A stretch of DNA of 63,926 bases, counting the filler, from Octopus bimaculoides (lineage: Eukaryota), in assembly GCF_001194135.2 (NCBI RefSeq). It is 5 parts of 5 records of this genome, joined end to end, with 100 filler letters (N's around TTAATTAATTAA, not from the genome) between each part and the next. Parts side by side here need not be neighbours in the genome. Positions count along the whole stretch, not along the records: positions 26,954 to 47,902 come from NC_068991.1; positions 48,003 to 59,748 come from NC_068990.1; 3 more parts are not named here. One strand, 5' to 3'. Under the pieces are notes generated by a model. The model saw only the letters and a program-made list of their open reading frames with translations, was not told where the DNA came from and did not search any database. How positions within the stretch are numbered: position 1 is the first letter of the stretch; each line of letters begins with the position of its first letter. The translations under genes and the position numbers were made by a program. This document shows, in pieces, positions 37,989 through 49,540 of this stretch.

Positions 37989-38290
37989 TGGAGGCGCAAT
38001 GGCCCAGTGGTTAGGGCAGCGGACTCGCGGTCGGAGGATCGCGGTTTCGATTCCCAGACCGGGCGTTGTGAGTGCTTATTGAGCGTAAACACCTAAGCTC
38101 CACGAGGCTCCGGCAGGAGGTGGTGGTGACCCTTGTTGTACTCTTTCGCCTGAACTTTCTCTCACTCTTTCTTTCCTGTTTCTTGAGTAACGCTGCGATG
38201 GACTGGCGTCCCGTCCAGCTGGGGAGAGCACATACGCCATAGAAACCGGGAAACCGGGCCCATGAGCCTGGTTAGGCTTTGAAAGGGCAA
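37989..38290 (+). mobile_element. tRNA-derived SINE family B with tail 1
   Basis: TGGAGGCGCAATGGCCCAGTGG head, GGTTTCGATTCCC B box, non-CORE middle, tail as in 5409-5670. Confidence 0.85.
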
Positions 38291-38936
38291 GAAAAAGAGA
38301 AAAAATAATGAAATAAAGCCTTCTACATCTATAAGTTCTTTTGTATTCTTGGAAGGTATCATGCTTCATACAATCTCCTTTCATCAAAGATACCCGCTAT
38401 AATTCTTGAAACAACTTTTGAGGATTTTGTCGCTGCGTATATCATGCAGTAACGATGGACGGTGGCTAAAAATCGATGTTTTATTTCCAGTTCTCTTTGC
38501 AATGTTCTGTTCATTCCTTATGGCACAGATGGGTTGCAAATTGGACAAAATATAACAGATAAAATAAAAATGACAGAGACAGAGACAGCAAACAGATAAC
38601 ATCGCTCGATATGGCATGTTTATCTGCAAGAGTATATGTAGTTTTGTAGCTAGATGTTTTCCTTTCTTTTTCTATCTCTCTCCCTCGCTCTCTCTCTCTC
38701 TTTCTCTTTCTCAATCTATGTACCTATCTATCTATCGTTCTTTTCCTCTGTAAATTTATTTATCTTTATATATATATATGTATATATGTGCATATCATAG
38801 ATATATGTATGTACAAATATATGCATGTTTGTATGTATGTATCTATGTATATGCACGCGTGCATAAATAAATACAAATATATACACACACGTTTATAATA
38901 TGTGTGTGTGTGTATTTATATATGTATTCGTGTATA

Positions 38937-38972
<36 letters not shown>

Positions 38973-39008
38973 TGTATGTATGTATGATTCAATTGTCTCC
39001 AGTGGATA

Positions 39009-39055
39009 CAGCTGGTCACTTCCGGTGACATCTGATTTACTGACGTCATTAATTA
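39009..39055. promoter_or_regulatory. Candidate ETS/CRE promoter or enhancer cluster
   Basis: CAGCTG (39009), GTCACTTCCGG (39015), perfect TGACGTCA (39041), TAATTA within 47 bp. Confidence 0.35.
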
Positions 39056-39174
39056 TGGTTCCTTGCTTGTTTTGTTTCATTTTCTTTCGTCCTTTTTATT
39101 TCTTCATTCTGCATACCCAGCCCATACCTCACTCATTTTCTCCCTCCATCTCTCTCTCTCTCTCACCCACTCTC

Positions 39175-39242
<68 letters not shown>

Positions 39243-39884
39243 TTTCCTCCCTCATTCTTTCTCTTTTACAGGTCAGCATTCGTTTACTGACAAACACTTC
39301 TTGGGCTGCTAAATAAACGGCATTCTATGACGAGATTTATGATGTTGGCAGCAGTGGTCGTATTGGTGGTGGTGGCGGTGGTGGTGGTGCTGGTACGGTG
39401 GTGATAATGATGGTAGTAGAGGAGGAAGAGATGGTGATGGTGGTGGTGGTGATAATGGCAGTGGTGGTGATGGTGGTTGTAGTGTTCGTGGCGGCAGCGG
39501 CGGTGGTGGCGATTATTGTAATACTATTCCTCCCCAAGTTGGGATTGTAATAATAGTGGCGTGTCGTTGGTGGAGGTAATAAGGTAATACCGATGGTTTT
39601 GTGTGTGTGTGTGTGTGTGTGCATTAAGTGTGCATATGTGAGTGTGTGTATGTGTGTGTGTATAGCTGGCTAATGGACGTCGATGATGGTAGTTGTAATA
39701 ACGAAGATGATGTGGTAGCGNNNNNNNNNNNNNNNNNNNNNNNNNNNNNNNNNNNNNNNNNNNNNNNNNNNNNNNNNNNNNNNNNNNNNNNNNNNNNNNN
39801 NNNNNNNNNNNNNNNNNNNNNNNNNNNNNNNNGTGGTGGTGGTGGTGAAAGTGTCACTAATAATCCTTTCTACTGTAGGCACAA

Positions 39885-40075
39885 AGCCTGAGATTTTGTG
39901 GTGGTGGGGGACTAGCTGATTACATCAACCCCCACCCCCTCAGTATACTCAACTGGTACTTATTTTATCAACCCCCAAAAGGATGAAAGGCAAAGTCAAC
40001 CTAGGTGGAATTAAGACGGACGAAATGCCGCTAAATGTTTTGTCCGGTACGCAAACGATTCTACCAGCTCGCAAT
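39885..40075 (-). mobile_element. SINE family D
   Basis: Reverse complement of head, core and tail. Confidence 0.75.
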
Positions 40076-40306
40076 GATTGTGGTTTGAGACGATAGTTTT
40101 GGTAGCACTGGTAAAAAAAAATGGTAGCTAGGCAGTGGTAAAAACTAGTAGCGGTGGAAGTAGCGATGGTAAGAGTAGAACTGATTGCAGTGATAGAAGT
40201 ATTGAGTACGGTGGTGGTAATGGTATTTCTGGTAACCGTGGTTGGGTGCGAACGTGGATGCATATTTTTCGTGTTTTGATTTATTTATCTATTATTATTT
40301 GTCATA

Positions 40307-41313
40307 AGTGATAGGCAGAAATTTCACCAGTAGTTGGTTGGTTGGTTCGTTCGTTCGTTCGTTCGTTCGTTGGTCGTGGAACAACATAGAGACGCTCTCG
40401 ACGGCTCGTACAATCCTCTTGTTGGCTCGTAGCATGGTTTAGTCAAGTGAAGAAGGGCAGTGATCATCAAACGCAATACGATTATATACAGGACGTTTTA
40501 TACAGGACGTATTGCGTTTGATGATTGATCAGTTAATATTGAAATGGTCAATTCATCGTTCTTTCTAGTGATATAGAAATAATAACTAATACTAAGTGGA
40601 TAAAACAATAATATTCCTTATTTCTTCATTTCTAAAATTAGATCTATGAGTGAGCAATTTTTAAACCTGCCTTCGCTCATACCAATATATGTCATTATTT
40701 CTATGCTATTCAACTGAGATTTTTATCTTCGCTTTGTAAATATTGTTTTAACTGAGCATTTCTCCTGATATTACATTTATCTTCCCCGGTATTATTAGGC
40801 CACGTCTTTCCAAAATTCATCATTATCATACCACCTATATTTTCCGTACAGCTGTAACTGACTTTGACGTTATTTTTGTTAAACATTTGTTGCATTTATG
40901 ACCCTCTGAAAAAATAATTCTTTTAATTTAGGCGAAGAAATTTCTCCCTACTTTTCATTTTTACAGTAAGGTGCTTTGTATGATATTGCGTTTTCTGTGT
41001 GTATTTGCTGCAAGCGTTTGGATTAGAGTGATTCTTTACACCCACTTTTAAACTGCTTCTTTACATTCACTTTTCTAATGCATTGAGATAACTACGTTTT
41101 ATTGTATATTGTCTTATATGAAGTTACTACCCTTCCTCGTTTGACTAAACTGTACAACGAGCCAACGAGAGGATTGCACAAGCCGTCGATGGTGTCTTTA
41201 TGTTGTTTCACGACCTGGTAGCAGGGTCTAATCAGAACTGAAATGGGGTTAAAATTACAGTACTAACCAACCAACCAACCAACCAACTATTGGGGAAATT
41301 TCTGCTTATCACT
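40307..41313 (-). mobile_element. Penelope-like element remnant, family 2, with inverted ends
   Basis: Minus-strand remnants RKRNII, MFNKNNVKVSYSCTEN, TYIGMSEG (GIY-YIG-like); inverted arms ~40307-40462 / ~41125-41313. Confidence 0.7.
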
Positions 41314-42311
41314 GATAACTTAGTACATGACATATCGTATATTAGATATTCTACTTATATTGCGAACTTTTTTTTAATATGAGAGCACGGTTAGAGTTAT
41401 TAACTATAGACATGATCTTGCTCGACTTCGTTTATGCAAAGGATAATGATTTTGCAGTATCCCAAACAGTCTTACATTAGATAAATATAGGAAAGATTTC
41501 GAAAAATTCATCCTTAACAGTCGCTCCCAATATAAGGCTAGTTAACTTACTATACGTAATATTTAGACCTAGCAATCTGTAACTTTGAAGCATTAAATCA
41601 CCTGTCGAGAAATACTGCGGTTGGAATGTCGTATCTTGATTCTAAAGAACGTTAGTGGCAGGAATGAGCGAGAGAAGGGGAGGAAGAAAGAGAAACGCTG
41701 TTTTGAGATATACTGAGGGCGTTGATGAAAATCAGCTTAGAGAACTTCCAGACAAATTCAGTTCGCAGATGTGGACTATTTTCAAAGACCCGATATCCAT
41801 TTTTTTTTCTTTACAAGTACCAATCGAAACGGAAATTGAGCAAAGAAGGTGCTTCTACACGACAAGTTCACTGAAAAATGAGTCCGAATGGTCTATGTAA
41901 CTGGATGTGCAATGAATACGTATCCATAGGTAGTGGGCGTACTTTGGGGAAGCACTAGATCTTGTGAAGGGTTTTAGATGGGAGACCCTGCTTGGACACA
42001 CACACACACAAACACACACTCCCAATCGCATAAATGTATTCAACTTTAGCTTATTTACACTGCATGCATGTACTTCTTGATTTAGGCAGAACAAAATTTA
42101 GAGATAATTTGAAATTACAACTTGGACATTTAGATGGTGTGTTGGTGCCACCTCATACCTACACAAGAAATTTTGTTCTTCAAGAACTTTTGCAGTGAAT
42201 GTGAATGAATATTAATACATTTGTAGCGTTGGCACGGAATGTTGTGAATGCGTAATGTATGTAACTTGTTTGCAAGATTATGTAGCCATGAATAAATATA
42301 CATATATTTAT

Positions 42312-42755
42312 TCATAGCTGGCCGCCAACACTTTTTTCTGCAAAATAGGAGTAGCTTATCCTGTTCAGGCTATATCATTAACATTATCCTGCGTTTGAGA
42401 ATTTAAAAATCATTTCTTTAACTTTCTAAGACATCTCAACGGTGCTAAAAGCAAACTTCGTAATTTGAATTTAACATATAATAGCGTCTCATAAAGCGAG
42501 ATTTCTATACATCTTAAATTTCACAGAAGAATGTGTGTTGTGGGCAGTTTATCTTAATCGGTCTAAGAGCACCGCAACGCGTAATCACGGAGACGTGAGT
42601 TCGTCTCATAGCTGGCCGCCAACACTTTTTTCTGCAAAATAGGGGTAGCTTATCCTGTTCAGGCTATATTATTAGTATTATCCTGCGTTTGAGAATTTAA
42701 AAATCACTTCTTTAACTTTCTAAGTCATCTCAACGGTTCTAAAAGCAAACTTCGT
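42312..42755. repeat. 150-bp direct repeat, period 294
   Basis: 42312-42461 vs 42606-42755, 7 substitutions by my count. Confidence 0.9.
42543..42631 (+). pseudogene. Degenerate tRNA-like sequence (Thr-CGT-like) with oligo-dT terminator
   Basis: Acceptor GGCAGTT/AGCTGGC, D-arm CTT-AATCGGTCTAA-GAG, CGTAA in the loop, T-arm GTGAG-TTCGT-CTCAT, TTTTTT at 42626-42631; anticodon arm and T-loop are non-canonical. Confidence 0.45.
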
Positions 42756-44859
42756 TTGTTTGTTTACGTTTATCGTATTTTGAATTATACATATATATAT
42801 TTGTAGTTTTGAATATATATCAATGTACAACATTTGTAAACTTAGGTAGAGCATTTAATATAGAAAATAACACTGTATAATAACGAGTGAATTATTGATT
42901 ACAACATATTGTATATATTAAAAGTAATCTAGTTTGTATAATATTTGGGGAACGATAAATATATATTTTTTTAATATATTTTCCTGTTATTTTGGCATTT
43001 TTACTTACTTGCTCATTTTTTCATTATCAACTTTCATCTTGTATATTTTCAACAATAGCTCCGTCGAGTAGTAACAGTGAGAATTGAAGTACAGTCGAGA
43101 GATTTCATATAATATATAAGTTTTATATAATATATAAGTTAGCTAAATGGAACCGTTAAAAGGGTTCTATTTAATTTGTGTCAACATTGATTAGCAACTC
43201 ATTATGCTTATTAATTAGTCCAGACATTTTAGACCTTAACATTTCAAGTGCCTCATGCAACATAAATTGCAACTGCCCACCCCCAGCCCCTTGATACAGA
43301 AGTGCTGTTATAACTGATTATAACTGTTATAACTAATCTCAAAATACAGTAATCAATATTTCTATGTTTAAAGTTTTATGTAAATTTTGCTAATTATGTA
43401 TTAGGTAATTTGTGCTTATTGAAAAAAAAATGCACGTGATCACTCTATCTGTATTTGAATTTTAACGCTGTAGCAGCGATATAGCATCATACTTTATCAG
43501 GAGTCTGGACGAAGCATTTATATACTATATTCATCCGGAGGCACTGGTTACTGTTGTTACACATACTATCAGGTTTATTTGGTAGTGAAAAAATATTGTT
43601 ATATCATTAATAAAGCTATTGTTAAGAGGCAGCACAGAAACAATTGTAATATTCATATAAGATCGAGAGGCATGTTTAACAGAGGAGATAGAGATAGACA
43701 AACTACTAGTATAATTATAATCACGTACGTAATAACAAATGTTGTTTAGTTTCTTATTGTTAATAGCGACTATATTATAAGCTAAAATAGGCAGAGTGGA
43801 TTATGAAAACTTATCTGTGTAGGTAGTCAGTATTATACGATATTTACTAGAATGAGGAAAGTGTTTTTCCAATGCCAAAAAGAAACTGTAGATTATCCAT
43901 GACCACCTGAAGTCCAAAATGGGGTTTAAACCTCAAAATATTCTGCTTACATAACGTGTTCCATTATTTCTATAGCGGTAAGTAATATGACCTGAATTAG
44001 GGTTTCCATTACAACTATATAATGTGTTGGGATTACGATTGTCATTTATCTTAGCGTGCCTATATTTATTCCTTCTACCCATAGCAGCAGTGAGAAGTAA
44101 CTAATATCAGTCATTCGAAGTAGAAGGGTGATTTTGGTTTCAGCGAAAAGTTTTAAAGGTATTTGGTTCGTTTATACACTAAACCTGAGAGATGCTTCTA
44201 TAAATATTAATGGACACTTGTTTCTATAGTGGACTTACGACAATTCCCACTCGAGCCAGATGCTTGTTTGACTTTGAGATTAACAATATTGTAGTATTGT
44301 AATCACGACAATTTTCATTGTTATTGTAATTACAATTTACAGTACAATAGCGTATATACCCGTGGAAATAAAGCTAACTATTCTTAGGCGGAATAATGAC
44401 TACATAAATGGATATGTATCAATTTTATCAGTGTATCTAGCTTTAGCTAAACCAGTGTTATAGTAATTCACATTTTGAAAAAATAGTTCCTCATTGGCGG
44501 AGAGTTTAGATATTCACTGCTCGAGGATGATCAGAATTTCAATGCAAAAGATTTTAGATATGCATTGCTCGAGGATAACAGAATTTCGATTAATGTAATG
44601 TAAATTTTCATTAGGTCGGTGGCCACAGATATTCCTCCAATTTTCTTCCCAGTGATGGAAAAGCACTTTCCCTTGTAGTAAATATCATAGAATACCTTAA
44701 TAGGTCCCAAATAAATTTTGCTAACTGCTCTTTATATATGTCCCAGTATGTAATAATATAAGTATCCCATTTGCCATTGAAATGATCGTTACAGGATAAT
44801 AAATTGATACCAATATCTTCGTTCCTTTATTTGTATTATATTATACTTTGCGACTAATG

Positions 44860-44975
44860 AACATTGCCTGGATTTCAGTTTCTGTGGAATGACGTGTTCT
44901 GCACCACCCGGTCCAGGAACTGGAACCATGAGCTTGCGACTGTGTACAACACCTTAACCACTAGACCATGCGCGG
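44860..44975 (-). mobile_element. tRNA-derived SINE head fragment
   Basis: Minus strand GCGCATGGTCTAGTGGTTAAGGTG...GTTCCTGGACCGGG resembles the CORE-like SINE heads. Confidence 0.6.
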
Positions 44976-45640
44976 TCTCACAGACACACACATATATATA
45001 TTCAGAAATATACATATATGTACGTATATATATNNNNNNNNNNNNNNNNNNNNNNNNNNNNNNNNNNNNNNNNNNNNNNNNNNNNNNNNNNNNNNNNNNN
45101 NNNNNNNNNNNNNNNNNNNNNNNNNNNNNNNNNNNNNNNNNNNNNNNNNNNNNNNNNNNNNNNNNNNNNNNNNNNNNNNNNNNNNNNNNNNNNNNNNNNN
45201 NNNNNNNNNNNNNNNNNNNNNNNNNNNNNNNNNNNNNNNNNNNNNNNNNNNNNNNNNNNNNNNNNNNNNNNNNNNNNNNNNNNNNNNNNNNNNNNNNNNN
45301 NNNNNNNNNNNNNNNNNNNNNNNNNNNNNNNNNNNNNNNNNNNNNNNNNNNNNNNNNNNNNNNNNNNNNNNNNNNNNNNNNNNNNNNNNNNNNNNNNNNN
45401 NNNNNNNNNNNNNNNNNNNNNNNNNNNNNNNNNNNNNNNNNNNNNNNNNNNNNNNNNNNNNNNNNNNNNNNNNNNNNNNNNNNNNNNNNNNNNNNNNNNN
45501 NNNNNNNNNNNNNNNNNNNNNNNNNNNNNNNNNNNNNNNNNNNNNNNNNNNNNNNNNNNNNNNNNNNNNNNNNNNNNNNNNNNNNNNNNNNNNNNNNNNN
45601 NNNNNNNNNNNNNNNNNNNNNNNNNNNNNNNNNNNNNNNN

Positions 45641-45680
<40 letters not shown>

Positions 45681-45720
45681 CATGATACATATATATGCGT
45701 GTGTGTGTATATATATTTAT

Positions 45721-46624
45721 ATTAATCAAAGGAATTCCAATTTTGTCTGATTTTCACGTTTTATTTGTAATCTTATAATAATAATATAATAATATAACAA
45801 AATGATAGAATATTAAATATCAGAACATTCACGTGTGCACCTTTGAGTAACCATCTAGCAACATGTGATACACACAGTCCAAGTGAAATCGAGAGAAAAA
45901 TCAGAGAAAAGAACTTTAATGATAAATCCCAACCCAAACTAAATAAACAATAATAATAATACTTAGATGTACTATTTCTACTACTACGACCACTACCACT
46001 ATAATACTAAACACAACAATACTAAAAGTTCTGATGATGACGATAGCAGAAAAATACTAGCTAAGTTAAGAGAGCAGTCAGTTAAAATAATCTTAATCTG
46101 GGTTTAAAGCTCTATTAGCACAGCTACTCCTACCACTACCACCAGCAGCGTCAACAATAATAAAGGTGATGATAATGGTTATGGTAATTGAAATGTAAAA
46201 ATCCCTGGGAAATGTTTACAACATTTCTAAAAATAGCTAAACAATTGCTGCTTTGGCCAGGGTCAAAATACAGGTCTATTGATACATTCAACAAACCGTG
46301 ACGCCTAAACCAAACACCAATCAACTTTAGTAATTTAGTGAAGCCACACACTGACTGGTCGGAATACAGTTTGCAAAACTTAACATTCTGGAGCCTACAC
46401 AAATGTATTTAAGGCACACATTTTAGCCATTTCACTACAGTTGTAAATTGTGAAACATAACTGTCACCACTGCTACATGAACCTGAAGATTGCATAGTTT
46501 AATGCATGAAAGTACTAGTTCAATGAGAATGGACATTTAATACTCTATCATTTCATTATATTATATTATATTATTTTAAGATTGTAAATACGTGAAAATC
46601 AAAACTGGAATTCCTTTGATTAAT
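45721..46624 (+). mobile_element. Non-autonomous Penelope-like element (family 1) with ~95-bp inverted termini
   Basis: Carries the end of the GIY-YIG ORF (HSPSEIERKIREKNFNDKSQPKLNKQ*) and 3' UTR homologous to 53507-54330; 45721-45817 is the reverse complement of 46535-46624. Confidence 0.85.
46476..46525 (+). ncRNA. Type I minimal hammerhead ribozyme (PLE-associated)
   Basis: Stem I TGAAC/GTTCA, core CTGAAGA, stem II TGCAT/ATGCA, GAAA, palindromic stem III AGTACT, CUA cleavage triplet (cut after 46517). Confidence 0.7.
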
Positions 46625-47414
46625 ATTTTCTTCTATACACATACACACCCGTATATATATATATNNNNNNNNNNNNNNNNNNNNNNNNNNNNNNNNNNNN
46701 NNNNNNNNNNNNNNNNNNNNNNNNNNNNNNNNNNNNNNNNNNNNNNNNNNNNNNNNNNNNNNNNNNNNNNNNNNNNNNNNNNNNNNNNNNNNNNNNNNNN
46801 NNNNNNNNNNNNNNNNNNNNNNNNNNNNNNNNNNNNNNNNNNNNNNNNNNNNNNNNNNNNNNNNNNNNNNNNNNNNNNNNNNNNNNNNNNNNNNNNNNNN
46901 NNNNNNNNNNNNNNNNNNNNNNNNNNNNNNNNNNNNNNNNNNNNNNNNNNNNNNNNNNNNNNNNNNNNNNNNNNNNNNNNNNNNNNNNNNNNNNNNNNNN
47001 NNNNNNNNNNNNNNNNNNNNNNNNNNNNNNNNNNNNNNNNNNNNNNNNNNNNNNNNNNNNNNNNNNNNNNNNNNNNNNNNNNNNNNNNNNNNNNNNNNNN
47101 NNNNNNNNNNNNNNNNNNNNNNNNNNNNNNNNNNNNNNNNNNNNNNNNNNNNNNNNNNNNNNNNNNNNNNNNNNNNNNNNNNNNNNNNNNNNNNNNNNNN
47201 NNNNNNNNNNNNNNNNNNNNNNNNNNNNNNNNNNNNNNNNNNNNNNNNNNNNNNNNNNNNNNNNNNNNNNNNNNNNNNNNNNNNNNNNNNNNNNNNNNNN
47301 NNNNNNNNNNNNNNNNNNNNNNNNNNNNNNNNNNNNNNNTATATATACACATATATGCATATGCATATATATACACACACATATATACTTATATATACAT
47401 ATATGCATATATAT

Positions 47415-47460
<46 letters not shown>

Positions 47461-48002
47461 ACATATATATGTATATACACACACACACACATATATATAT
47501 ACATTCATATACATTTATAAATACAATTACACCGACGCACAGAAACACACACGTACTCAGACACACACAATTTCACACTCACATATATATATATAACACT
47601 ACAAACATTTATTTCATCCTAATATTTTCTTTCATTTGTATCTACACATACTCACACACAAACGCATACACACACATAACTCCCACCACCACCACCACCA
47701 CCACCACCCCTACACGCATTACTTTCGAAGTACAAAAAAACAACAAAACAAGACAAAACAACAACTGCAGCACCAGCAGAAATAATTCCATACCCGGACC
47801 AGAAGCCCCACCAACATACTCGGCATAGCAATTGATATATAGAAAACGATGATATATTTCTGCTGTCCATTACTTCAATTTTTTTTTTTTTTTTTTTTTT
47901 TTNNNNNNNNNNNNNNNNNNNNNNNNNNNNNNNNNNNNNNNNNNNNTTAATTAATTAANNNNNNNNNNNNNNNNNNNNNNNNNNNNNNNNNNNNNNNNNN
48001 NN

Positions 48003-48165
48003 TTATGTCCCCGTAACTAAGCGGTTCGGCAAAAGAGACCGATAGAATAAGTACTAGGCTTCTAAAAGAATAAGTCCTGGGGTCGATTTGCTCGACTAAA
48101 GGCGGTGCTCCAGCATGACCACAGTCAAAAGACTGAAACAAGTAAAAGAGTAAAAGAGTAAAGAG
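48003..48165 (+). mobile_element. SINE family A, 3' end
   Basis: Family match. Confidence 0.85.
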
Positions 48166-48742
48166 TATATATATATATTATTTATACCAGTAATAATTAG
48201 TGCACTTGATTTTGTGAGTAAGTGCCTGAGTAACAATAAGGATAAGTTAGGGTTATCAGAAAAAGAAATCAAAGAACTAACTCGCATATTATAAGTACAA
48301 TCTATAAGGGGAACAGTAAAAATATGCAAATCTTTCCTCAAGTTTAGAATGTAACATTATTTTTATTAGCTACATTCCAAATTATGAAGCTTTGTATTTT
48401 TTGTTAGAAACCAGTACCTTTCTCAGAGGAAGAATTTAGAATGTAAATAATCAAAGACAGAAGAGTATATACATATATACATACATACATACATACATAC
48501 ATACATACATACATACATACATACATACATACATACATACATACATGCGTATGTGTGTATATGTATTATATAGGTATGCATGTTTTAGGTAAAGATATTG
48601 TAGAAAAACGTCATTATCCAAAAGTGAATATTTCAGCCATCCTATTCAATTACACCCTACTCCCAGTTACTTGGAGGATCGGGGTGAGATAGAGTCTTCA
48701 GACACCTACTTCATAGAGTCCTCTCAGAGGCAACTGTCATTG

Positions 48743-48965
48743 TGGAGGCACGTGGCTTAGTGGTTAGGGTGTTGGACTCTTGATCATAAGATTGTGGTTT
48801 CGATTCCTCGACCGAGCAACGCGTTGTGTTCTTGAGCAAAACACTTCATTTCACATTGCTCCAGTCTACTCAGCTAGCAAAGATGAGTAATCCTGCAACA
48901 GACTGAGGTTCCGTCCAGGTGGGAAATTTATAAGTGACGGAAACCGGGAAACCAGCCTTTATGAA
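48743..48965 (+). mobile_element. CORE-like SINE with tail 1 variant
   Basis: Head, CORE-like body, GGAAACCGGGAAACC. Confidence 0.8.
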
Positions 48966-49151
48966 TCGGTATGAAGGATGTCGAAAGAAAACATAAATCA
49001 GAACCCTTCTTGCCGTGTTACAATTCGCAAAACTTTCAGTCGGGGGTCTCTATGGCCCTTAGGGGTCCAAATAAGATTATGTTGTTGAAATTTATGTGCA
49101 CTAAGTTGGTTACACTTCAACAATACACAACATTTTTTTTCTTACTGGCAC

Positions 49152-49540
49152 AGGCGCAGCAGTGTGGCAAGAAGCTTACTTCCCAGCCACATAGTTCCGG
49201 GTTCAGTCCCACAACGCGGTATCCTGGGCAACTATCTTCTACTATAGCCTCGGGTCGACCAAAGTCTTGTGGGTGAATTTGGTGGACAGAAACTGAAAGC
49301 CCGTCATGTGTGTGTGTGTGTGTGTGTTTGTAACCCCATCACCACTTGACAAACGGTGTTGGTGTGTTTAGGTCTCTGCAACTTTGCAGTTCAGCAAAAG
49401 CGAACGATAGAATAAGTAATAGGCTTTAAAAAAAAAAAGTCCTGTGGTCGATTTCTTCGACTAAAAACCCTTCAAGGCGGTGCTCTAGAATGGCCGCAGT
49501 CGAATGACTGAAATTTATAAAAGAATAGAATAAAAAGAAT
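49152..49540 (+). mobile_element. SINE family A, full length
   Basis: Family match. Confidence 0.85.

Noticed and set aside
39337-39624. Thr/Pro-rich mucin-like ORF (also 24622-24886)
   Set aside because: Degenerate (GGT)/(GAT) trinucleotide microsatellites.
41200-41240. Hammerhead-like core on the minus strand (CTGATTA-GACC..GGTC-GTGAAAC) in PLE family 2
   Set aside because: G8 is altered and I could not form stems I or III; at most a decayed remnant.
41655-41900. 81-aa ORF in unique-looking DNA
   Set aside because: No recognisable motif or coherent splice structure.
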